Of a stretch of 61,624 nt of DNA, positions 27,116-37,700 are shown one piece after another. Each line of letters begins with the position of its first letter. Positions within the stretch are counted from its first letter, which is position 1. Source of the stretch: Octopus bimaculoides (taxonomy: Eukaryota); assembly GCF_001194135.2 (NCBI RefSeq), contig NC_068987.1, forward strand, positions 62,993,085 through 63,054,708, written 5' to 3'. A model generated the notes under the pieces. The model searched no databases and was not told the DNA's origin. It saw only the letters and a list, made by a program, of their open reading frames with translations. Both the position numbers and the translations under genes were made by a program.

Positions 27116-28013
27116 ACTCCCAATAATAATCAATAATCAATAATAAAAGCTCAAGATGAAAAAGAAATCATAAATTTCGTTAGAATGTGACATTTACATG
27201 AATTTTCTCACACGGAACACTCACACCCATCTCTGTTACTTAATGTTTATTTTTTTTTCATTCATCATCAGTATTTATGTGTATGTGAGCTATGTCACCA
27301 GGAGTCAGGGAAAGGTAAGATGAGGGAAGAGATTTTCTTTTGATATTTGTTTCATTATATATATATCATGTCCAGCAAACGTATGCATAAATTGTCTTCA
27401 GTAACTGAAAAGCAGGCACAAAGTGTCTTTGTATACATAGTCTTTTCCAAATGGTGACATTTATTTTCTTTACTGTTTTTACTTTTTCCGATTTTTTATA
27501 GGTGTTTTTTCTTTGTGTGTGTGTACAATTGTAATTGCTGTTATTGTTCCATTAACCAAACTCCATAAGTCTTCTTTAACAATGTATGTTTTCCCTTTTC
27601 TTAGTTTTTTAGTCATTCAAACTTTTGTTGTTGCTTTATTTTTGTGTTTTATATTTTTTTTAAAAATGTAGGAAGAGGGATGGGGTGGAGTGGGGAAGGG
27701 CGTGTGGCATGGCTGTGTGCTTAGAAGGAAAGCAAGAAGAACAGATTCTTCATGTCCATCCTCCCATTATTATTATTATTATTATTATTATTATCATTAT
27801 AATCAATATTATCATTTCTCTCACCATCATAACAACCACTGCCCCAACATCGCAACCACCACCACCAACACCCATCAAAAGCACTGGTCTTGGATTGGTT
27901 TTATCTCATTCTCAAACTTCCATCCTTCATAAGAAAAAATAACAACGAAAATTAAAATAATAAAAATAATAATAATAGTACTTGTAGTAGCACTTATAGT
28001 TGTAGTAGTAGTA

Positions 28014-28048
<35 letters not shown>

Positions 28049-28092
28049 TAATAATAATAATAATGAATGACACAGATGTGTTCTATAGTCCC

Positions 28093-28218
28093 CTAGCTTG
28101 GAGCTGTTTCGATGTGTTTCTGGTCAAATCTGCTTTTGAAATTCTTTGTCATGTAAATGAAGAATGTCAAAGTTTCTTTCTCTGCCACGGGAATTGTTTT
28201 AAAGTGCCGAGCCACACT
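28093..28218 (-). CDS. SAP30: SAP30/SAP30L homolog, coding exon 4 (aa 135-175 + TAG)
   Basis: tttccag|SVARHFKTIPVAEKETLTFFIYMTKNFKSRFDQKHIETAPS*; matches VSRHFRNIPVNEKETLAYFIYMVKSNKSRLDQK. Confidence 0.96.
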   Translation of the reverse strand, partial: SVARHFKTIPVAEKETLTFFIYMTKNFKSRFDQKHIETAPS

Positions 28219-28410
28219 CTGGAAAGAAATAAATAAGAGAAAAGTAAAGTAAGGCATTTAAAGACACCAGAAGAAATACTATAAGACAGAGACAAAGAAC
28301 AAAAGAAATCTGCTGTATGGAGAAGAGAGAGCATGAAAAGGAAAATAAGGAAAACTTTGTAGGCTATCAGGAATAAGGCTTTGCCACTGGAAGATAATCA
28401 AGAAACTATA

Positions 28411-28807
28411 GGTGTAGGAGTGGCTGTGTGGTAAGTAGCTTGCTTACCAACCACATGGTTCCAGGTTCAGTCCCACTGCGTGGCACCTTGGGCAAGTATC
28501 TTCTACTATAGCCTCGGGCCAACCAAAGCCTTGTGAGTGGATTTGGTAGATGGAAACTGAAAGCAGCCCGTCGTATATATGTATATATATATATATGTAT
28601 GTATGTATGTGTGTGTATATGTTTGTGTCATTGCTTGATAACCGATGCTGGTGTGTTTACGTCCCCGTAACTTAGCGGTTCAGCAAAAGAGACCGATAAA
28701 ATAAGTACTAGGCTGACAAAGAGTAAGTCCTGGGGTCGATTTGCTCGACTAAAGGCGGAGCTCCAGCATGGCCACAGTCAAATGACTGAAACGAGTAAAA
28801 GAGTAAA
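28411..28807 (+). mobile_element. SINE family A, full-length (tRNA-like head, central microsatellite, LINE-like tail)
   Basis: ggtgtaggagtggctgtgtggtaag...ggttcagtccc...(TA/TG)n...ggcggagctccagcatggccacagtcaaatgactgaaac; more than 12 related copies in the window. Confidence 0.9.
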
Positions 28808-29447
28808 CTACAGGTGTAGGTGATGGCTATGTGGTTAAGGTGTTTGCTTCACATGCAACGATAATTTTTCACGTTGAATCAATGATCATTCATTCATTAT
28901 TGTAATAATAGCATGAGAAAGCAAAATGCTTTCAATTCTGTCAGTATACAAGCGACCCTCAAAAAACTTTCTGTGATTAAAGTGGCCCAGAATGCAATTC
29001 AAGTTGGCCAGGCCTGATTTAGGACTAAAGCTCCATCAAAAAGACAAACTGTGGGGTCCGGGGGAATGTGCCTGACATAGGGAGAGCATAACTGCTCACA
29101 ATTTAGGATTCTCAGCAGATACTACAGCTTCAGTGTTTCCTTACGCTTCATCAGTTAGCTCATATCAAACTTTCTGTAAAACCACACTTGAGTTTGGATC
29201 AGGTGCTGAAGATACCAGGATTTATTACAAAATTAAGAAGCTTTTGAGTCATATAGTATTTAATGTATTTAAACAGATATTAATAAACCAGACAGCTAGT
29301 TGCATTCATAAATATGGAACATGAATATATGAATAACATATCTTCATATCAAGCTCTCTTTACAAACACATCTGAGTCTGATTAGTTGTTGAAGATACAA
29401 GGACTTATTACAAAATTAAGTAGCTTTTAAGTCATAAACTATTTAAT

Positions 29448-29806
29448 GGTTCCGGGTTCGGTCCCACTGCGTGGCACCTTGGGCAAGTGTCTTCTACTAT
29501 AGCCTCGGGCCAATCAAAGCCTTGTGAGTGGATTTGGTAGACGGAAACTGAAAGAAGCCCGTCGTATATATGTATATATATATGTGTGTGTGTGTGTGTG
29601 TTTGTCCCCCTAGCATTGCTTGACAACCAATGCTGGTGTGTTTATGTCCCCGTCACTTAGCGGTTCGGCAAAAGAGACCGATAGAATAAGTACTAGGCTT
29701 ACAAAGAATAAGTCCCAGGGTCGATTTGCTCGACTAAAGGCGGTGCTCCAGCATGGCCGCAGTCAAATGACTGAAACAAGTAAAAAAAAAAAAGAAAAAG
29801 AAAAAA
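29448..29806 (+). mobile_element. SINE family A, 5'-truncated copy in SAP30 intron 3
   Basis: High similarity to 28411-28807. Confidence 0.9.
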
Positions 29807-29870
29807 GAGACATTAATAAAACAGACAGCTAGTTGCATTCATAAATATGAAATATTAATAACATATATAC

Positions 29871-29969
29871 CTCAGCTAACTGGGCCTTATTAGTTCCGGG
29901 CCGAGTAGGTAACTTATAATGCCGTCTGTATCGACGAAGTGTGTTTACAGGCATTTGGAAAAAGTCAAT
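29871..29969 (-). CDS. SAP30: SAP30/SAP30L homolog, coding exon 3 (aa 102-134, Sin3-interaction domain)
   Basis: ttttcag|IDFFQMPVNTLRRYRRHYKLPTRPGTNKAQLAE|gtatat; 99 nt, phase 0-0; matches [33 protein letters not shown] of SAP30L. Confidence 0.97.
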
Positions 29970-31149
29970 CTGAAAAGGAAATGAAAGTGGGAAAATGGGT
30001 AACAAAGAACAGAAAAGTAAAGTGAATTTAATAAATGCAGATGTCAATGTATGTACATACAGATATAGAACGCTTTGTATCAAATATGTCATACATATGG
30101 AGACCTGTATATCAAAAATAGCTAAATGTAGCAAAAAAAAAAAAAAAAAAAAATTCAGAATATAAATTTTATCAATCAAGATATAAATGAATGAATGATG
30201 AGATGGGTGTGCTTATGTATGGATGGATGGATGAATGACTGCAAATTTCACTACCCAACCATGTAGTTTTAGATTCAATCCTACGACATTTTGGAAGTGT
30301 GCACTGCCTTAGGTCTTGTGAGCAAAACTGCAAAATCGTGTGTGTGTGTGTATGTGTTTAACTTTCTGTGTGACTATACATTGTCAATGTTTGAGCAAAA
30401 ACGGTGACAAATGTAAACAATGCCTATAACTATTACATCATATAATTTGATAGTTTTAAGGTATCGATGCATGAAGATCAGCAGAATATCTAACATAAAA
30501 AAAAGTAGGTGGTGGCAATAGGAACGGCATCTATCCACAGAAATTTGCCACTTGGTCTCAATATATTTCATCTAACCAAAGCCAAGAAATCAGGCATAAA
30601 AATAGTAATAATGAAATTGTGTGTGTGTGAGAGAGAGAATTCCTTTTGGCTGGTATTTGCCTAGCTATAAAGCAAAAAAAAAAAAAAGAAAAAAAAAAGA
30701 TCTGGTCAAAAGTGAATAACAAACTAATTATGTTCATATTGTGTCTCCTATGCATTTTACTCTTAACATCAACTACCTCAGACTACATTTGGTTCTGTGA
30801 CACAAGCTTCCCATTTTGAATTGGTCTTAACAAAATCTTCCATCAATATTTCATATTCATTTATGTTCCAAACACCAGATTTAAAAGTAGCAGTTATTTT
30901 TTCCTAAATTCCACATTATTAAAAAAAATTAATTGAAATAAAAAGTTTGTGTATTTTGCAAAAGAAATATAGTAACAAAAAAAAGGGTTTGTTTAGTCAA
31001 ACTTATTTTACAGACTCCAACAGGATGAAAAGCAATTTTAGCCACAAAAGGACTTGAACTGAAACAAAGAACACAAAGTCTTGTAATCTGATAGTGATAT
31101 GACACTTCAATTCCCATTTTATTAATAATACATAATATATATAATAATA

Positions 31150-31965
31150 GGAGCAGGTATGGCTGTGTGGTAAGATGCTTGCTTCCTAGCCACATGGTTC
31201 TGGGTTCAGTCCCAATGTGTGGCATGTTAGGCAAGTGTCTCCAGGCCAACTATACAGCCTTGTGAGTGGATTTGGTAGGTGGAAACTGAAAGAAGACCGT
31301 CGTGTGTATGCGTGTGTGTGTGTGCATGTACACGTATTTGTGTTTGTCCTCCCATCACCACTTGACAACTGGTGTTGGGTTTTTTTTATATACCCATAAC
31401 TTGGCAGTTTGGCAAAAGAGAATGATGGAATAAGTACTAGGCATAAAAATATGTCCTCAGGTCGATTTATTTGACTAAAATCCTTCAATGTGGTGCTCCA
31501 GCATGGCTACAGTCAAATGACTGAAACAAGTAAATGTGTAAAAAGAAAAGAACAAAAGAATAATATATTAATGTTTTATATCACTTTCTATTTGTTTCAG
31601 TCATTGCATTGTGGGATACTTACTTGCCTTGCAGATGATGTTTTAATCAAACACATCAACATGAATAATTTATATATTTTCTAAGTGTGGTACTTACTCT
31701 ATCTGTCTCTTTTGCCAAACCGCTATGTTTCAGGGGCATAAACAAACACTGGCTGACAAGAAGCGGAGAGAGGGCAGTGAAACAAAAAGATACAGACACG
31801 TGTGCATATATTCAGTTTTCATCTACCACATCCACCCACAAGGTTTTTGGTTGCCCTGAGGCTATATAATAAGTAAGACACTTTATTTGCTCAATGTGCG
31901 CCCCAAGCAGTGAGTGGGACTAAATATGAAACTACGTGGTTGAGAAGCAAACTTCTTACTATGCC
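31150..31965. mobile_element. Two family A SINEs tail-to-tail (+ 31150-31545, - ~31685-31965)
   Basis: Head, body and tail motifs of family A in opposite orientations. Confidence 0.8.
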
Positions 31966-31976
31966 TGTGCATATGC

Positions 31977-32009
<33 letters not shown>

Positions 32010-32314
32010 CACACACAAAATAAAAAAAAAACATTTATTTACGTTATACACTCACACCTTGTAACCTGAGGCCTAAGCAGTAAAGGATGTGGAGCTAATC
32101 AAAAAGGTCTGGAGTTTGATTCTTAGAATATGGCAAGCATGTTGTGTCTTTTTGCGTAACCACTATATTTCATGTTGCTCCAGCCTATTCAGATGCAGAG
32201 CTACAGAATCAAAAGGGATCTATTTGCAGTTACATAGGTAGTAAGTAGGCACCGAAGACAATCAAGCCTTCTTTTATATTTTTACATACTTTATAAATTA
32301 AACAGAAAAAATAT

Positions 32315-32345
<31 letters not shown>

Positions 32346-32865
32346 TAATTACACATATCATTTGATATTGATTTTAAATTACAAATAAATAATTATATAT
32401 TTTGATATTACATATAAAATATATATAACATGATGTATAAAAAATTATAGNNNNNNNNNNNNNNNNNNNNNNNNNNNNNNNNNNNNNNNNNNNNNNNNNN
32501 NNNNNNNNNNNNNNNNNNNNNNNNNNNNNNNNNNNNNNNNNNNNNNNNNNNNNNNNNNNNNNNNNNNNNNNNNNNNNNNNNNNNNNNNNNNNNNNNNNNN
32601 NNNNNNNNNNNNNNNNNNNNNNNNNNNGACGCTATCTGATGTCGCTACTTTGTCTTGCTGACAAGAGGGAAGTCACTCTGATTTTCATATTCAACTAAAA
32701 GCAACGGTAAGATCCAACTAAAGGGCCGTCACTCTAATTCAGAAACGTTTAACAGACAGAGGAAGGTGGATAACTCTTTTTCGAAGAAATACAACGAAAG
32801 TAACTGCAACTAACGGAATGGCGGCGGCGGCGACAGCAGCGTCACCACAATCTTGGCATACTTAC

Positions 32866-32894
32866 TATTCCCGCTTAGTCCCGGATCAATCGTC
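32866..32894 (-). other. Candidate 29-nt poison (PTC) micro-exon in SAP30 intron 2
   Basis: Pyrimidine-rich acceptor ctatttcaaattctctccag, perfect GTAAGT donor, in-frame GAC GAT TGA; 65-nt upstream intron. Confidence 0.55.
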
Positions 32895-32959
32895 CTGGAG
32901 AGAATTTGAAATAGAAGAAATATTAAAAATAAATAAAGAGTAACTTAAATTAAATTTAC

Positions 32960-33082
32960 CTCTGGTATCTCTTCGTCACCCTCTAGTGATCCACGATCGT
33001 CTTCACTATCTTTCCTCTTCCGCTTTGAGCGAACATTATGAATGACATTTTTATGATAGTCGCAAATGTAGATATGAGAAAC
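32960..33082 (-). CDS. SAP30: SAP30/SAP30L homolog, coding exon 2 (aa 61-101: C-x2-H, NLS, acidic region)
   Basis: ctgcag|VSHIYICDYHKNVIHNVRSKRKRKDSEDDRGSLEGDEEIPE|gtaaat; 123 nt, phase 0-0. Not in the ORF track; found by manual reverse translation. Confidence 0.97.
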
Positions 33083-33231
33083 CTGCAGGGCGCAAAATGA
33101 AATTCTTAAGTGACAAACACGGGTATATTTTCAGATTTTCAACAATAGAAGAAACAGTAGCAAGTAAATGTTAGTAAACTTGTTTCATCATCTGGCTTCA
33201 ATAAATTCATCACTCTTTGATACTTTTAGTG

Positions 33232-33444
33232 CAAGGGGTGCTGAAAAAAGTTCCTGGCTTTAATGGTATCAAGGAGTGCCTGGCTGGAGGCCCAAGCTTT
33301 TGATTTGCTTTTACAGGGATTAGAAAAATTGAAGGACCACTGCAATGTGCGAATCTGAGAGGGCAATAGGTTGAATAAAAAATCATATTTAACTGGTCCT
33401 CCTGTATTTTCTTTTACCTAAACCAGTAACTTTTCAACACCACC

Positions 33445-33448
<4 letters not shown>
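33232..33448. mobile_element. Mariner-derived MITE, copy 1
   Basis: Imperfect ~30-bp TIRs (aggggtgctgaaaaaagttcctggc / ccagtaacttttcaacacc) around a mariner 3'-end remnant. Confidence 0.7.
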
Positions 33449-33506
<58 letters not shown>

Positions 33507-33820
33507 NNNNNNNNNNNNNNNNNNNNNNNNNNNNNNNNNNNNNNNNNNNNNNNNNNNNNNNNNNNNNNNNNNNNNNNNNNNNNNNNNNNNNNNNNNNNNN
33601 NNNNNNNNNNNNNNNNNNNNNNNNNNNNNNNNNNNNNNNNNNNNNNNNNNNNNNNNNNNNNNNNNNNNNNNNNNNNNNNNNNNNNNNNNNNNNNNNNNNN
33701 NNNNNNNNNNNNNNNNNNNNNNNNNNNNNNNNNNNNNNNNNNNNNNNNNNNNNNNNNNNNNNNNNNNNNNNNNNNNNNNNNNNNNNNNNNNNNNNNNNNN
33801 NNNNNNNNNNNNNNNNNNNN

Positions 33821-33868
<48 letters not shown>

Positions 33869-33949
33869 TGTGAAATATAGTTCACACATGAACACACATT
33901 TACATCAATCTATCTAGCTATTATGTGTTTGTGTGAATGTATGTGTATA

Positions 33950-34262
33950 TGTGTTTCTATATCTGGCACTCAATCGGTTATGATGATGAAGGCACCAGTT
34001 GATCTGAGCAATGGAACAGCTTGCTTCATGAAATTAACATGCAAGTGGCTGAGCACTCCACGGACATGTATACCCTTAATGTATTCACTGGGAACTTCAG
34101 CATGATAGACAATGCGCCAAGGCTGGCCCTTTTGAAATACTCTTTTTTGCTAGCTGAGTGGACTGGAGCAACGTGAAATAAAGCATCTTGCTCAAGAACA
34201 CAACACGTCGCCGGGAATTGAACTTACGATCAAATGCCCTAACCACTAAACCATGTGCCTTC
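33950..34262 (-). mobile_element. SINE family D copy in SAP30 intron
   Basis: Reverse-complement match to 49296-49616. Confidence 0.82.
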
Positions 34263-34284
34263 ACACACACGCACAAATATACAT

Positions 34285-34495
34285 AAGGGAACGCTGAAGA
34301 GTTCCTGGTTTTAAGGGTGTTGCAAAATGCCTATTTGGAGGCCCAACCTTCCGAGTTCTTTTACAGGGGTTAGAAAAACTGAAGGACCACTGCAATAAAT
34401 GTGTGAATCTGAGGAGGAAAATACATAGGATAGCATCATCATTAACTGATCCTTTTGTATTTTCTTTTACCCAAAGCCAAGAACCCCACTTGTAG
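34285..34495. mobile_element. Mariner-derived MITE, copy 2
   Basis: Colinear with 33232-33448 (gttcctgg...gaaggaccactgcaat...gtattttcttttacc). Confidence 0.7.
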
Positions 34496-36496
34496 TGTGT
34501 ACTTTGTTATAAATATTCAGCCCCGGTCTTCAGATGGAGGATATTTTAATACCTTGATGTGTTGCTACCTATAGAACCTTGTTCTTGTACATTGACGCTG
34601 TTTGTTGGAAGATACAAGTGGTTCTAAAGAGGGAACCTGCTGCTCGATGTGAAGGACTCAGATCCATGCGTGATGCATGGAGGGGTTGCTCTATTTGCTG
34701 GTAGTGGGGGCTACCTACAGCCACTAATTTCCAACTGAATTTTTTAGAGGGAATGAAGTAGTGATTAGCAGTAATCCAACGCATAGTGGTTTTGCTGCCA
34801 CTTGTCATGTCAGCATTGAAAAGGATAAGTTGAATGATGATGCACCAATTCATACAAGTCTTTGAGACAATGCAGAGGTCACTGTGGAGGCACGTGGTTT
34901 AGTGGTTTGGGTGTTGGACTCAAGATCGTAAGATTGTGGCCTCAATTTCTAGACCAGTGATGCATTGTGTTCTTGAGTGTAAAACTTCACTTCACATTGC
35001 TCCAGTCCACTCAGCTATAGAAGTGAGTTTAGCCGAGAGAGGGATGGGCTCCTTCAAGCTTTCTCACTCTAGATACACTGCATGGCTGCAGTGCCCCTCA
35101 ACTTCCCAAGAGGTTAAGGGACTTATCAGTCGTCAAAGGTCATTAATGCTGCACTCTTTTAACTAAACAAAACAGAGGCAACCTTTTGCAGGAAGCAGGT
35201 CATATGACTCAGCTTATTATCAGGTGGGCTGTACTACTAAAAAAATTCACAGGAATTTTTTGTTGATGTGCCATTCAGAAAGTCCAGTGAGCCAGTCTGC
35301 CCAAGAATGAACGAAACTATAAAAAAGAAATAAGAGATTTATTGGCATTCATGCCTGTTTTAAATTCAACCACCAAACCAAAGTGTTCTTGCAAACATGA
35401 ACTATATCATGTTTGTCTTTTAATGCAATGATTCTTAAACATGGGTGAGGACACATGGCTTAGTGGTTTGACTATTTGGCTCATGATTGCAAGACACTTT
35501 ACTTCATGTTGCTCCAGTCCACTCAGCTGGCAAAAATGAGTATTACCTGTATTTCAAAGGGCCAGCCTCGTCACACTGTGTCACACTGAATTTCCCTGGG
35601 AACTACATTAATGGTACACGTGTTTGTGGAATGCTCAGCCACATGTACGTAGATTTCAAGAGTAGGTTGTTCTGTAGATCAGATCAACTGGAATCCTTGT
35701 TGTCATAACCGATGAAGTGTCACTCTTAAACATGGATATTATTACTAAGCGGGACAAAGAGATAAAATAACTAAGAGTGAAGGAAGCATAAGTTTATTCC
35801 TCTAAATAAACAATATTTATTTAGAGGAAGAAAAATCAACACATCATACTGTCCCTCACTGTATTGTATTGCTAGATAAAGTCTTGGTGTGAAATTTTTC
35901 ATATCAAGAGCTATTAAAACTGACATAGCTTCATCTCTATTGATCAAACACTACTTCAAAATATACAAGTAATTTGTTTCACTTTTTTTATGTAAATGAA
36001 TTTTGACATCACTCTTACTATTCTGACCCTCTTTCTTGCTAAATTAAATCACATTTTACCTCTAACCATACTCTCTCTCTCTCTCTCTCATCACCTTGCT
36101 TTAACTCATCAAACTTTCCCTCCTATTTCTCTCCAGTTTTGTAAATTGCAAAACCCTATTAGTGCTACTGCCACAAGGTAAAAATAATAAAAATTTAAAA
36201 AATCAATACACTCCGTAAACACACACACACACACAAAACAGATCCCTTTTTTTTTTTTTTTTAGTTTCTTAAAGCTTTGGTCAGCTTGAATCTACAGTAG
36301 AAAAACATTTACCCAAAGTGCTGCACAAGGGACTAAACCTAAAATAATATCATTGCAAGGCAAACTTCTTAACTATACAGCCATGCTGGCTTAAAGTCCA
36401 CTAGGCTGTTCTCTTGATCCTTGTCAATGCCCAGAACAATCAACACTTGAACATCATCACTCCCAGGCCACAACCAGAAGAAATGAAACAACTTAC

Positions 36497-36676
36497 ACAA
36501 TCATCCCTCGTCAGTTTTAATTTTTTCTGTTGCACTGTCTTCTGTATCCGTTTGCTATAGCTTGCATTACCTGCTGGACGCCTGCAGCGCTCACCATCAT
36601 CTATAAGGCTGCAGATCTGATCATGCCCACTCCGGCTGTCGTCTTCCGTACTGAAACCGTTCACAGAACTATTCAT
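36497..36676 (-). CDS. SAP30: SAP30/SAP30L homolog, coding exon 1 (aa 1-60, N-terminal half of zinc finger)
   Basis: [60 protein letters not shown] matches the SAP30L N-terminus (NGFSTEED...CCLIEDGERC.RPAGNASFSKR). GTAAGT donor at 36496; CAAAATG start context; tandem TAGTAG acceptor just upstream, so the exon starts at 36684 or 36681. Confidence 0.97.
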
Positions 36677-36702
36677 TTTGACTACTACGGAAGAAACAAG
36701 AA

Positions 36703-36733
<31 letters not shown>

Positions 36734-36944
36734 AATTAATAAAACATACAAATAACCAAAAGAAATTTAGATTCAAATGAGGAATTCCTGAAACTGATAC
36801 CTTTCCCAAAATTGTTAATAACTTAACTACAACTGTAATGGCTAGGAAGCAAAATGTAGTGTCAGAAAAAAAAGCTTAACTGACAATATCATTTGCTGAA
36901 CCAAGATTGATCTGGGCCCAAGCAACAACAACAACAACTCTTCT

Positions 36945-37130
36945 AAATTTGGCACGAAGCCAGCAATTTTTGAGGAGAGGGAAAAGTCGATCCCAGTGCT
37001 CAGCTGGTACTTATTTTATTGACCTGAAGGATGAAAGACAAAGTTGATCTTGCTGGCATTTGAACTCAGTATGTAAAGCTGGAAGAAATGCTGCTACTCA
37101 TTTTGTCCAGCCTACTAACAATTCAGTCAG
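36945..37130 (-). mobile_element. Family B SINE copy
   Basis: Same core. Confidence 0.85.
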
Positions 37131-37139
37131 CTCACCATA

Positions 37140-37700
37140 ACATTCCTCATGATCGTTTAATGTCCGCTTTCCATGCTGGCAGGAACCAGCCAGGCAGAAG
37201 CCTGCACCAGACTTTTGTGGCTGTTTTGGCAGGATTTTTACAGCTGGATGCCCTTCCTAACACTAACCACCGAGCAGAGTGGACTAACAATAACATTCAT
37301 CATCATCATCATCGTTTAACGTCCGCTTTCCATGCTAGCATGGGTTGGACGATATGATTGAGAACTGGTGGAACCCGAAGGCTACACCAGGCTCCAATTT
37401 GATTAGGCAGAGTTTCTACAGCTGGATGCCCTTCCTAATGCCAACCACTCTGAGAGTGTAGTGGGTGCTTTTACGTGCCACCAGCACGAAGGCCAGTCAG
37501 GTGGTACTGGCAACGGCCACGCTCAAAATGGTGTATTTTACGTGTCACCTGCACAGGAGCCAGTCCAGCGGCACTGGCACGATCTCGTTCAAATGTCTTT
37601 ACACATGCCACCAGCACAAGTGCCAGGAAGGCGACGCTGGGCACAGGTGCCATCACGATTTCGCTTGCCCCAACAGGTCTTCACAAGCCGAGTTTCGTGT
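37140..37700 (-). mobile_element. Two 3'-end fragments of a probable RTE-type LINE with (GAT)n tail
   Basis: catcatcatcgtttaacgtccgctttccatgc...cagctggatgcccttcctaa. Other copies at 17365-17510, 18215-18380, 22425-22640, 41056-41330, 48950-49240. Confidence 0.75.

Noticed and set aside
32818-32943. 41-aa antisense ORF beginning ATG GCG GCG GCG GCG
   Set aside because: Short, no recognisable homology, and overlaps SAP30 intron splice signals; recorded only as part of the CpG patch.
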